A DNA stretch of 64,000 nt from Phoronis australis (lineage: Eukaryota; Animalia; Phoronida): the NCBI GenBank assembly GCA_002633005.1, contig NMRA01000034.1, positions 1,493,795 to 1,557,794 on the forward strand, read 5' to 3'. The notes beneath the pieces are model-generated. The model saw nothing but the letters and a program-made list of their open reading frames with translations, did not search any database and was not told the DNA's origin. Of this stretch, positions 48,250 through 61,050 are shown one piece after another. How positions within the stretch are numbered: position 1 is the first letter of the stretch; each line of letters starts with the position of its first letter. A program made the translations under genes and the position numbers.

Positions 48250-49012
48250 ACGCTTGTAATTACGACCGACACTATTATAAAGCTAGCGTTTTACTACTGT
48301 AATTCTGATATCCAATGATAAATTGGTCTGTTGGTCACGTGAGCTCTGAAGCAGTTGCATGCTCGTAAATTTACGTTCGTCATTTTACACTAGTAATTAT
48401 ATGTACGTTATTTTACGCTCGTATTTTTGCACATATTATGAAGTGTTCAGAAGATAAAATCCCAGGTGCAAAATTTATCAGAGCAAAAGATTGAAAAATA
48501 TCGATGACTGACTGAATTTTTTTACTTGCTGCCCTAGCTATCCGTTTTATTACATACTGAGCTGCCAAAATGTATATCTAGCAGGTTGTCTTATTTCATT
48601 TGTTAAAATTACCATGCTTTTTTCATTATTTGGACCAAGTTTCGTTTTCTTACTCTTAACGGTGCGTGCAGATAATATGAAATTGCAAAAACAATGGTTC
48701 AAATCGGTTTCTGGGGGTAACGCAGTTTCCAAATGTTGACGGTAAATTATTCATTCTTTATTCAAGACACTTGGATAACAAACCATTTGCACCACAAAAC
48801 AATATCAAATGCTGGTGATCTCGTGGACTGGTACTTGAATCAAACGGCTACTTGTTAAAATTACGAGCGAAAAATACGAGCGTAAAATTTCGAGCGTAGA
48901 ATTTCTGCTGAGCTCACGTAAACTACAAACCAATTTCTCATTGGATTTAACGATTACGGTCGTAAAACACGAGCGCAGTCTCTGTTGTAATTGCGATCGT
49001 AATTACGGGCGG
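48250..49012. mobile_element. Foldback-like element / MITE with long (~170 bp) imperfect inverted ends
   Basis: Left gtaattacgacc...tccaatgataaattggt...cacgtgagctc...gctcgtaaattt mirrors right aaatttcgagc...gagctcacgt...accaatttctcattgga...atcgtaattac. Confidence 0.65.
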
Positions 49013-49294
49013 CACTAACTTCCGAACGAATCACGATTATATCCGAATAATTGAGAACCAAACAAATCAGAGTCAAAAGGTATGGTGTGTCTCATCTGAA
49101 AGCATCCCGGAAGTTTTAGCTTTCGACTGCATGGTTGTACTTGTATGATCTATTGAAAGTATTCATGTGCATGGTTTTATAACTGGTTTCAAACCACAGA
49201 GCAGGAAACTGGTATTTGTATAGGCTAATTAGAAGATCTTTTGTAAGCGACTTCGCTTTTTGTCAAACTACTAGATTTTGATTAACTAGTGTGT

Positions 49295-49372
49295 TATTAT
49301 GCGCCCACATATCTATATGTGGACGCATTATGCCGTCATCTCCGTCCGGCGTCCGTCCGGCGTCCGTCCGGA
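49295..49372 (+). mobile_element. Isolated 5' end of Helentron-type element family A
   Basis: ttatgcgcccac...gtggacgcat hairpin followed by a (cgtc)n microsatellite. Confidence 0.75.
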
Positions 49373-51856
49373 ACCATGACGACCGTGATTTCATACCTTC
49401 GGGTCTCACTGTACATGTATCTCACTTGTTGTTGTTAACTGAGGGCAATGAGGTAGTATAGGTTTTATCGCTTCTAAAGAATTGGTTTTCTTTTACCTTT
49501 TTGCAGTTGTTTGTTCCGACTTGACCATTTGTCAAACGACAGGACTTTGGCTGACCAGTCTACAATTAACATGCGGGACCTGACGTCGCGAGCAGTTTAC
49601 AAATGATGCTACAGGACCACGAATAACACCAGAGCCAAGAGTTATGGTACCGTTCAGCTGGAAGTCACCGGTTCGGTCTACATGCATGTACTCGTATGAG
49701 CCATCAAAATATGAACAAACACTTGTTTGATTTGGAAAAGCGAAGTAAAACTACTCGCCAGTCATTCAGGCATCTGTCTTTATTCATGTACACTGTTTCA
49801 CACCTGGTTTCAAGGCACAGTTTCCCAAAAAGCGTAAATTTCTGCTAAAAAGGTACATTGACAGTAAGACAACGGTATTAATAACAAAGTGGATATTCGT
49901 TTGATAAACATGTTCCAGGAGTGAAACACTGTAAATGTTCTAAAATTTAATCATTTCGTTTAATTTTGTGAACAGTGTTTAATCATAGTATACATCAACT
50001 TGAACAGCTATTTTAAAGTTAAAGAAATGTAGACATTTTTTCTATGGTCATACGTGACCTAAACAAGGACGACCCTGACCTCGCCAACACTAGCAGCGAA
50101 CCAAAGATGTCGCTGAGCCACCAGATTCGGAAAGGTTAAAAAATCACGGGAGTTGCCTCTTACGTGAAGGCGCACGCCATGAGATTCTGTCTTACCCGAT
50201 ACATGAAGGACGATGGAGGTGTTTAACTTTCGTTATTGATATCAGTTTTGTCTGGCTGTTTCTTGCAGTTACAGTTCCCACCTTTGACAACTCTTTGTGG
50301 TATATAGATCTTTGCAATTAATTTCAAGTATTGAGAATTGACTGTATTTTAGTCGTGCTCTTGGTTGTACTCAAGTATTGGTGCTTGGGTGGTGATGACG
50401 CACATGTACTTAATAGATAGATCTCTCCATCCATTATTCACTTGCGCTAGACGTATGTTACTTGTCCTACTGGTATATTCGCGTTGACGCTAACGCTCAT
50501 TCTAACCCTGACTAACAATTGCACTAACATACTAACACAAGTCCTGACATTACAAGAGAGACAGCATGAAAAAATCCAAATGACGTTCAAGGTCGCATGC
50601 TGAATGGTATTATTTGAATTCCTCTGCAGATGCCGCAATCAGATGGAGCTGAGAAGTGGCTGCCGTGACATCGACAAGGATTTTTCAGTTAGTAATACTA
50701 TTCGACTTGCAAATTGAAAACATTAGTTGATTCCTCGATTGTTATTAATGCTGGTTTTTGTTTATTTACGCGCCATATTCACGCAACAACTATACGATGC
50801 TACCCACGGATAACAAAAACGGAAGAAGAACGATGGAAGACCGAAATTAACCACCGAAGACTAAAATTAAGCAGGTAATTGACGTAGCTTGCGAATCATA
50901 ACACATTAATGTAAAAAGAATCGAGCTCAATACTGTGATGGTTCAGAAGCCTGAAGGTAAATTATGCGACAAATGAAAATTGTTTTTATAAAGACCCTAT
51001 AAGTCCGAAGGTTCAGAATTTAAACAGACAGAAAAGCCAGTTATTTCGAAGCTAATCCAAAGGTCCGTGACACCCACAAGCGATTAAGTCATCTACAGCG
51101 AAGCATCATACTTTTAGTGGCTGAAAATGTAAGATGCAGCTCAGTGACCATTGCCGAACTTTGTTTGGATCCTTTTGAGTAGCATAGGCTCTTCAAATAA
51201 CTAGTTTCAAACGAACATGTGTACATGTACATGTACATGTATGTAAGCTCAGAACATCTTGCTCGAAATCACTGTTCAGAACCTCGTGTCCTGAAAGTTC
51301 GAACTTTAAGGTTTCGAATTGATAGACTTTTGGACTTGTGTGGAACTTCGGATTTAGGGACTTTTGGTCTAGTTAACGTTCATCGACCCAAACTCTCTAA
51401 TTTTTAGATATATTCCGGTAATATTGGTTTTTCACTTCTAAGGGGTTGATCTCCTTTTAATCTTATTGTAGATGTTTAACGACTTGGCCATTTGTCGAAC
51501 AACTGGACATTGGCTGACATATAAAACATGCAGGAACTAACGTAGAGAGCAGCGACAGCACACCAAAGGTGCCGTAAGACCACTAACACTACTGGCACCA
51601 GTTCATCTGTCAACATGCTGGAAGTTACCGGTTTCGATAACATGTGTACCATCAAAATATGACCAAATACTTGTTTGATTTGGGAAAGCGAAGTGAATAA
51701 TCTACTTGCCAATCATTCAGGCATTTGTATTTATTGATGTACACTGTTTCATACCTGGTTTATTCCTGAAGTGATCTCAGAAATAGTGTTAGTGGTCTAA
51801 AATATGATCATTTCATTTTCGTTGTGTGAATGGTATTTAAATCAAAGTATTTGACA

Positions 51857-54258
51857 TTTTTATGCGCCCACATATTTATATGCAGACCCATTATGCCGTC
51901 ATCTCCGTCCGTCCGTCCGTCCGTCCGTGCGGCGTCCGGCGTCCGCTGCTCTATCTCCAAAACCCTTTGGCATATGTTCCATTCATGAATGGGACGGCAT
52001 GAGCTTACTTTCGGACGGATCCGACTACCGGTGAGCCCCCTAGTGGCAATTTTAGTTTATTACGCTTACCTTTGAGTCTTCAAATGTCCTTAACGGATTT
52101 TCGTGAAATTTGGTATGTAGTCACCTATTAGTGGGATGACGCTATTCTCCCGTTTTTGAATGGATTCGACTTAGTTTGCGCCACCTAGTGGCCATTTTTA
52201 CTGTTTTTGAGTCTGTTTTTTGCGTCCACCCCTCTATCAACCAAACCGCTCAAAGGATGATTGAGAAAATTGACATGTATGTGCTTACTATAAAGAGGAC
52301 GGTTGACGATGATTTTCCGACGATTTTGACTACTGTGGCTCCTCCTAGTGGCAGTTTTTTTTTGCGCCCATGGCTGTATCTTCTAAACCATTCGCAGGAT
52401 CTTTACTTAATTTAGCAAGTGTATTTATATGATGTTGACTACGGATGACGACGACTTTCGGACAGATCTGACTACTGCTGTGCCCCCTTGTGGCAATTAT
52501 AATTTTTGTACCTTTAACTCTGTATCTTCAAAGTTCTTCAATAGATTTTCATAAAATTTTGAACATAGGCATCTATTATTGTGATGACGCTATCTTCCTG
52601 TTTTTGGATGGAATCGAGGTATTTTGCACCACCTAGTGGCTATTTTGGCTATTTTCAAATCTTGTTTTTGGCGTCCACCCCTGTATCAACCAAATCATTT
52701 GAAAATTGGCATAAATGTTCTCAGTGTGAAGACGACCTTTACTAAATCTCGTAAGTGTGTTTATATGAAGATAACAACAGACTACTATGACTTTCAGGCG
52801 GATCCAACGGACACTGTGTCCACTAGTGGTAATTTCATTACTCTGCGCGTGTAAGCGCAGAGTCCAGTTGTTCCTGGGTTTTCTTCAATTTTCTTCTTAT
52901 TATTATTCTTCTTCCGACCAACTTTGAGGCTTAATAAGTCCAAAATGGGTGCAAGTATGTTCTTTAAATTCTGCATGTGATTTTTGGCAGTACATAAATT
53001 TTGATTCGTTATATAATCATAATCCATATTGCACCGAAAAAGGTCATTTGGTGCAAAGGTCATGTAATTTTCAAAATGCTACTCCTTCTTCATTTTTAAA
53101 GCTATTCTTATCAAATTCGGTGCACAGGAATAAATCGAAAAGCCAATTTAAAAAATTACTTTTCTAAGTAATCGGGTCATCCAATCAGGTGAAATAGGTC
53201 AAAGGTCATTAGGTGCAAACTAAAATTTTGAGCTAGACACTTCAAATTGACAGGTCTGATTGGCACAGGTAATTCAATTTGGAATCCAAAGTTTCAGGTC
53301 ATTTAGAGCAAACATGGGGTCATTAGGTGCATTTTTCTTCTGAAATTTTGACCTTTTCAATCGGCAAGTATTCTGATGTGTCAACCGTTAGACAACTGTG
53401 ATTCTCAGCATTAAACACATTTTTTATGGGCTTTGCAATAATTCTCCTAAAGACGCTTACAATGCACCGGATAGGGTAAATTAGTGCAAAATGTTATATC
53501 TCTTACGTTTTTCAAGGAATTCTTTTCAATTTCAGTACACTGGTGTAAGTCAACATGCCAATTGAATACCCTACTTTACTTCGCAATAGGCCTAACCAAT
53601 CAGAAAAAATAGGTCAAAGCTCATTGAGTGCAAACTAAAATTTTGAGCTAGAGACTTCAAAATTACATATCTGTTTACTAAGTGCGATTGAGTTTGAATT
53701 CTAAATTTTCAGGTCATTTGGTGCACCCATGGGGTCATTAGGTGCATTTTTCTTCTGAAAGTTTGACCAAATCTGTCATCTTGTAATCTGAAGTGCTTAA
53801 AGTAAAACATCTGTGATTTTTAGCATTAACCACGCCTTTAATCGAGTTAGCAATTACTCCCTCATCGGGGCTCATAATGCACTGGAAGAGGTCAATTAGT
53901 GGAAAGGTCATCAAAAAATTAATATGTAATTTCTCCTACAATTTTAAAGAATTCCTTTTCATATTGGTAAACGGGTTGCTGTCAGTAACTTCCCATAATA
54001 ATTCCAGTAATACGCACGCGCAGAGTCCGTTATTGTCACGCCGTGACAATAATCTTTCTAGTTTTATTCTGTTTTCCTTTGTTTCTCTGAAGTTCCTTGA
54101 CAGATTTTTTATGAAATATGGCATGTTCCTGTTTTTGGATGGATTGTATGTTTTTGCGCCATCAGTGGCCATTTTTATGATACAAATAAATAACCTTTAA
54201 AGTACACCATTTGCAATGCATTCGTGGGCGCATTTCAACGCTCCGCGTTGCTCTTGTT
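51857..54258 (+). mobile_element. Helentron-associated non-autonomous element (HINE/DINE-1-like), family A, full length, with a nested family B copy
   Basis: 5' ttttatgcgcccac subterminal IR with partner gtgggcgcat at the 3' end, 5' hairpin, (GTCC)n microsatellite, internal tandem repeats, 3' stem-loop caacgc-tcc-gcgttg, TT termini. This is canonical DINE-1/HINE architecture. Confidence 0.85.
52837..54063 (+). mobile_element. Helentron-type element family B nested in family A
   Basis: 5' ttactctgcgcgtg with 3' partner cacgcgcagagt, 3' hairpin ttattgtcacg-c-cgtgacaataa, ends ctagtt; internal ~420-bp repeats. Confidence 0.8.
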
Positions 54259-54822
54259 GGAATTGTAAACGTTCAAACCCTCGAACCTCGTGGTTTCATA
54301 CCTTCTGTCCACACTCTATCTCACTTGTAGTTTTCAATTTAAATCATATGACGTTGCGAGAAGTGACAGTGTACCAAAGGTGTCGCAGGACCACTTACAC
54401 GATTAACACCAGAGCCAAAAGGTATGGTGACGTTCAGCTGTAAACGTCATGGATATAATTACATGTTTTAACTTTATGCATTCTATGAGCCATCAAAACT
54501 TTACCGAACACTTGTTTGATTTGGAAAAACAAAGTGAAAAATCTACTCGCCAGTCATCCAGGCTTCTGTCTTTGTTCATGTACACTGTTTCACACCTGTT
54601 TCAGCGCACAGTCCCTCAAAAACCGTAAAATTTAGCAAAAGACAAAGGCACGTTGATAGTAATACAGCGGTATCAATAACAGATAGAATATCATTTGATG
54701 AAAACCTTCCTGAAGGGATTTCAGAAACACAGTTATTGTTCCAAAACATGAGCATTTCATTTTCGTTTTATGAACGCTGTATGAATTATGGTATTCGAAT
54801 ACTTAACTTAAATCTGAACAGC

Positions 54823-55485
54823 TTTTTTATGCGCCCACATACTTATATGTGGACGCATTATGCCGTCATCTCCGTCCGTCCCGGCGTCCGTCCCGGCGTC
54901 CGTCCCGGCGTCCGTCTCGGCATCCATCCGGCGTCCGGCATCCGCTGCTCTATCTCTAAAACGCCTTGACGAATGTTCATGAAATTTTGCACCTTCCTTC
55001 CGTAAATGGGATGTCATGAGTAAACTTTTGGACTTATCCGACTACAGATGTGCCCCCTAGTGGCAATTTTAGTTTTTTACGTTTACCTTTGTGTCTTGAA
55101 AAGTCCTGAACGCATTTTCATAAAATTTGATATATAGGCACCTATTAGTGAGATGACGCTATCCTTCCGATTTCAGATGGATATGAAGTAGTTTGCGCCA
55201 CCTAGTGGCCATTTTTACTGTTTTCGTGTCTGTTTTTTGCGTCCACCCTCTATTAACCAAACCGCTCAAAGGATGACTATGAAAATTGGCATGTATGTTC
55301 TTACTATAAAGAGGACGGCTGGCGATGATTTTCGACTACTGTGGCACCTCCCTGTGGCAGTTTTCCTTTGTTTTTCTGAAGTTCCTTGATAGACTTTTAT
55401 GAAAAATGGCATGTTCCCGTTTTTGGTTTGTACGTTTTTGCGCCAGCTAGTGGCAATTTTTATGATACAAATAAAGAACTCTAAA
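54823..55485 (+). mobile_element. Helentron-type element family A, 3' truncated
   Basis: Same 5' end and (cgtc/cggc) microsatellite; lacks the final subterminal IR and hairpin. Confidence 0.8.
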
Positions 55486-55736
55486 AGCAGATGCCACAAC
55501 CAGATGGACTTGAGCAGTAGTTCCTGTGGTCGATTTCTGCCGGCACAGGGTCAAGGATTTTTCAATTAGCATCCGAGCGGCAAATTGAAAACAGGTGACT
55601 TGTCGATTATTTGAAAGTTTTATTACACAAGTTTTTGTCTATTTACACACTATACCATACCCCAACGATATGCTGCGACCCACGGATACCAAAAACGGAA
55701 GAAGAAGGGTTTAAGACGAAAATTATGAAGGTGAGC

Positions 55737-55923
55737 TAACGTTCCTTGCATAAATAGGGTACATTTCGGCACTCTGAAGGTTCTGAAGTCCTGACACCCA
55801 AAATACGTCTATTGAAAACGTTTTTAAAAATAACGTTCCTTGCATAAATAGGGTACATTTCGGCACTCTGAAGGTTCTGAAGTCCTGACACCCAAAATAC
55901 GTCTATTGAAAATGTTTTTAAAG
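55737..55923. repeat. 94-bp near-perfect tandem duplication
   Basis: taacgttccttgcataaatagggtac... at 55737 and 55831. Confidence 0.9.
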
Positions 55924-58237
55924 AGGCCTTACCTGGCCGAAAAGAAAGCTAGTTAGTTCAAAACTGGTTCGAACATCTATGTGACCACAAAACCTCAACG
56001 ACAGCAGAGCAGCAAAATTTTAGTTCCGGTGAAAATGTAAATTAAAGCGACAGCTCAGTGCAAATTGAAAATTTTTGTTTGGATCCTTCTCAGAGACACT
56101 GGCTCTTGAAGAACTGGTTTCAAAAAGGCACGTGCTTACAAACCCCCGAACGTTTTGCTGAAAGTCACTGTTCAGAACCTCGTGTCATAAAATTTCTTAC
56201 TTTTAGCTTTCGAACTAATGGACTTAGGATTTGTGTGGATCTTCGGATTTATGTTTTTGTGGACTTGCAAAACTTCGGAACCATGAATACCGTGAATTCA
56301 TAACTTCGACCAACTCTTTCTCACTTCTAGTTTAAAATTGAGGTCGTATGTTTTCACCACTTGCAATGGGTTGATTTCCGTTTAACCTTATTGTAGATTT
56401 TTTAGCGATTTGACCATTCGTCGAACCACTGGACTTTGACGTTGCAAACAATGACAGTGTACCAAAGTAACACTTACACCAGGGCCAAAAGGTATGGTGC
56501 TGTTCAGCTATAAACATCCTAGAAGCTACAAGTTTCGACTGCATGCGAGCTCTATGAGCCATCAAAACTTTACCGAACACTTGTTTGATTTGGAAAAGCA
56601 AAGTGAAAAATCTACTCGCCGGCCATTCAGCCATCTGTCTATGTTCATATACACTTTTTCACACCTGGTTTCATCACATAAAAGACAAATTCACATTGAT
56701 AGTAAAACAACTGTATCAATAACAAGATCGAATTTGATTTATTGAACTTACTTTAAACACTTGATGGAACTGTGCTCAACTGCTATCTTCAGTTGGTCTC
56801 CTACTATCCTTAAAGGTTTCGTCCCTAAACCAAAACCATCTCTAGTAGGCGGGACAACATAGTTCATGATCAGGCTCTGTCTGACGGTTGTTGGTGGTGT
56901 TGCTGTTGGTATTTCATCCAAATCCAACAAGATGCCTGTTCAACTTCAGTGGCTACGTCGCGTAGAAGAGCCTTCTTTCCTGACACGGAGACGCCAAGAG
57001 ACCTCGCCATGGTAATGACCGAAATTATTCTATAAGTGATATCAGAAACACTGTTAATATTCTAAAGTGTGATCATTTCCTTTTCGTTTTGTGGACCGTG
57101 TTTAAATCTTAGTATTCGAACATTTTACCTAAATTTGATCATCGATTTCTGAGATATAAGCCTTCAAACTTAAAACACCCATAAAATTTAGCAAAAAAAC
57201 CCAAAACATTGATAGTAAAATGATGGTATCAATATAACATAATCGAAATATATTTGATAAAAATATTCGGGAAGTGATCGCAAAAACACTGTTGATGTGG
57301 TAAACTATGATCAATTCATTTTCGTGTTGTGATAGGTGTTCAAATCATAGTATGTGGCATTTGACCTAAATCTGAACAGCTATTTTCGAGGGCATACAGA
57401 ACCTGAACAAGCAGGACCCTGATCTCTTGACCACTGGCAGTGAACGAAAGATGTCACGGGACCACCAACACATAATAACACCAGAGACGGAAATCTAAAA
57501 TGAGGCCAGGAAGTTGCCTCTTACGTGAGGGCACGCTCATGAGATGCGGTCTTACCCGATACATAGGGAACGATAGAGTTATATAACTTTCATTACTGAA
57601 TGTAATTTGGTCTCGCTGACACGTGCAGTTACAGCTCTCCACCTGTGACAACTATGTTATGTCCAGATTATTGTAATAAGATTTAAGTGTTTACTGTATT
57701 TTTGTTGTACTTTAGGTTGAACTCATGTTTTAGTATTTGGGAGGTGATGACACACATGTACTTCAAATGGATGGATCTTTGTATCTATCAAATCCGTTAC
57801 TATTCGCTTGGATTAAACGTTTGTTACTTGTCTTGCTGGTACATTTGCACTTACGCTAATGATATTTCTAATAACGACTAACAATTGCACTAACATACTA
57901 ACACAAGCCATTACATACTAAGAAAAATAGCATGGCTGAATCCAAATTACGTTCAAGGTTCAAGGTTCAATGGTGAATTCCTTTGCAGATGCCACAAGTA
58001 GCTGAACAGTGGTTCCCATGATCGACTTCTGCCGTGGCGCAGACAAGGATTTCTCAATTAATACGGGAATGGCAAATTAAAAACATTAGTTGATATCTCG
58101 ATTGTTTGTAAATTTTATTAATGCACCTTTTTGTTTATTTGATCGCCATACCCACGCAACAACGATACCACGCAGCCGGTGGATAACCAAAACGGAACAA
58201 GAAGAATGGAAGACGAAAATTAAAAACCCGAGACTAA

Positions 58238-60313
58238 AACTAGAATGCAATTGCGCATACGCACTTACAACTCTGCGCGGGGTGTATGCACATGCATAGT
58301 GAAGTATAGGCGCATTACATTGCATAAAAGTTGCATCCTTCGTGTGAAAGAGAGCGATGTCCCTGGTAACTATGAAAGAGCAAGAGTGAAAAATTAGAAT
58401 GTCAATGAAAACTTGCACTTAATGACCCCACAGTTGCTCCTAATTACTCCAAGGTTTGTGACTGAATTTAATTTACGAATGAAAATGATAAATTTGTTGA
58501 TGAAATGTCTAGCTCAGAAATCATTTTTGCACTTAATGACCTTTGACCCGGAAACTCGGTTCCCTTTATCCGTTTCAAATGCCAGGTAAACTATCTAACA
58601 ACCTGTCCAAGAAAAATCAATTTGATGGAATGCACTCTTTGACACATTTCGGGTCAATTTGGTGCATTTTGACTCAAATCTGAGATCAATAGACTTTGAT
58701 TGACAATTGGATGAAGAACAATGAATTTGAACGCTCTCCCTAATGCATCATTTAAGTACAAGCTGACTGAAAANTGTCCCTGGTAACTATGAAAGAGCAA
58801 GAGTGAAAAATTAGAATGTCAATGAAAAATTGCACTTAATGACCCCACAGTTGCTCCTAATTACTCCAAGGTTTGTGACTGAATTTAATTTACGAATGAA
58901 AATGATAAATTTGTTGATGAAATGTCTAGCTCAGAAATCATTTTTGCACTGATTGACCTGTGACCCAGAAAGTCAGTTCAGTTGATGAGATCGAAATTCC
59001 GTGTAAGTTCTGGTTGCACTTATATGGCACCAAGCTGGTCACGAAATTTCAAGAAGAAATCTAAAAAAATGCAGAAGGAGAAGCTTTTGAATGAATTATA
59101 CCGATTGACCTCTCATGGGGTCCTTTAGTGCATTTTGGGTCATGCCCGAATTATAAATAGTTTTTGAATGGCAATTGGTTGAATCACTATAAATATAAAC
59201 GCTCTGCTTAATACAACATGTAATTACGAACTGATTGAAAAAGTCTGAGATTTAACAGAAAGCTGCACTTAATGACCAGAAAGTTGCACCTAGTGACCCC
59301 AAAATTTGTGATTGATCTTCCTTTAAGGATGGTTATTATATGTATGATTATGAAAGGTCTAGCTCAAAAATCACTTTTGCACTTAATGACCTTTGACCCG
59401 GAAACTCGGTTCCCTTTATCCGTTTCAAATGCCAGGTAAACTATCTAACAACCTGTCCAAGAAAAATCAATTTGATGGAATGCACTCTTTGACACATTTC
59501 GGGTCAATTTGGTGCATTTTGACTCAAATCTGAGATCAATAGACTTTGATTGACAATTGGATGAAGAACAATGAATTTGAACGCTCTCCCTAATGCATCA
59601 TTTAAGTACAAGCTGACTGAAAAAGTCTTAAATTTAAAAGAAAACTTCATTCAATGACCCCAAAATTGCACCTAGTGACCCCAAAGTTTGTGACTGACCT
59701 TCTTTTATGAATGGTAACCATATGCATGATTATGAAAGGTCTAGCGCAAGAATCACATTTGCACATAATGACCTTTGACCCGGAAACTCAGTTCCCTTCA
59801 TCCGATTGGAATTACAAGTAAATTTCAGATGCAGATCTCTAGTGTCTACTTGTTCCCAAAATTCGAAAAGTCTATATAAAAATCTGTAGAAGAAGAAGCA
59901 TTTTGTAAAAAAAAGCACTCCTTGACCCCTTTCGGGTCAATCCGGCGCATTTTGGGTCAAAACGATATCATCAATAGAAATCCCTTGATTATCATATTAA
60001 CCACAGTGAGTATGATTGTTGTAAGTGGATGGATGTAAGAGCAATAACAATCTGAAAAGGAAGGAAGAATAAGAAGAATAAGACTATGAAGATAAAATAC
60101 CTGTACGTAGAACAGTAAAACTCTGCGCTTGAACGCGCAGAGTAATAAAATTGAAGAAAACCCAGGAACAACAGTACTACATGTATGCGCTTGCACTCGC
60201 AGAGTATTAAAATTGAAGAAAACCCAGGAACAACAGTACTCTGAGCTTATACGCGCAGAGTAATAAAATTGAAGAAAACCCAGGAACAACAGTACTCTGC
60301 GCTAACACGCGTA
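58238..60313 (-). mobile_element. Helentron-type element family B (reverse orientation) with a triplicated 5' end
   Basis: 3' end rc ...cgcgcagagttgtaagtgcgtatgcgcaattgcattctagtt at about 58238-58280; ~58-bp 5' module cgcgcagagtaataaaattgaagaaaacccaggaacaacagtact repeated 3 times at about 60120-60313; the flanks rejoin the macro-repeat. Contains an N at 58774. Confidence 0.8.
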
Positions 60314-61050
60314 AGTAAACGTAGCTTGCCAGTCATAGTGTAATAGGGTGGAGCTCGATACTCCGAAGCTTAACATGTCTCAAGGCAAATTATGCGACTA
60401 TTAAAATGTTTTTAAAAAGGCCCTGTATGGCCGAAGGCTCACCAATCCGAAAGGAAGTAAAGTTGTTTAGTTCAAAAGTTGTCTGAATGTCTATGAGCAC
60501 AGAAACCCGTTACTTAATGTCATCGACAGCGGTGCAGCAAGACTAGTAGCGGTAAAGGAAAACTTAAAAATATAAATAAATGCAATAGCGCAGTTTACAT
60601 TGCCGAAGATTTCTTGGGTCAATTCGAGAGGCACTAAAATACAATTATTTTAATGTGAACAGTGTCTAAATCACAATATTTGAAAGTTTTATACAAATGT
60701 TAGAGATATAAACCTTCAAAGTTGGAGAAATGTAGACGTTATTTTTTGAGTCATAAAGGACCTGTACAAGCAGGACAGTGACTTCGCCACCAATGGCAGG
60801 GAAGCAAAGATGTCCCTGAACCACCAAGACAAGATAACTCCAAATTCGGAAAGGTAAAAAGTTGCCTCTTCCGTGAGGTCGTGCATCATGAGATCAGTGA
60901 AAAATCAGATATCCGACTTTGCTCTTGTACACGGTTTCAGGGCATAGTCTCTAAATATGCGGAGCATAAGACTGGTAGTTTTGTAATTTTATTTCGGGCA
61001 CTCTGTGTTACATTCCTTCTCTGAGGTTAATATCATTTAGTCTTAATTGC

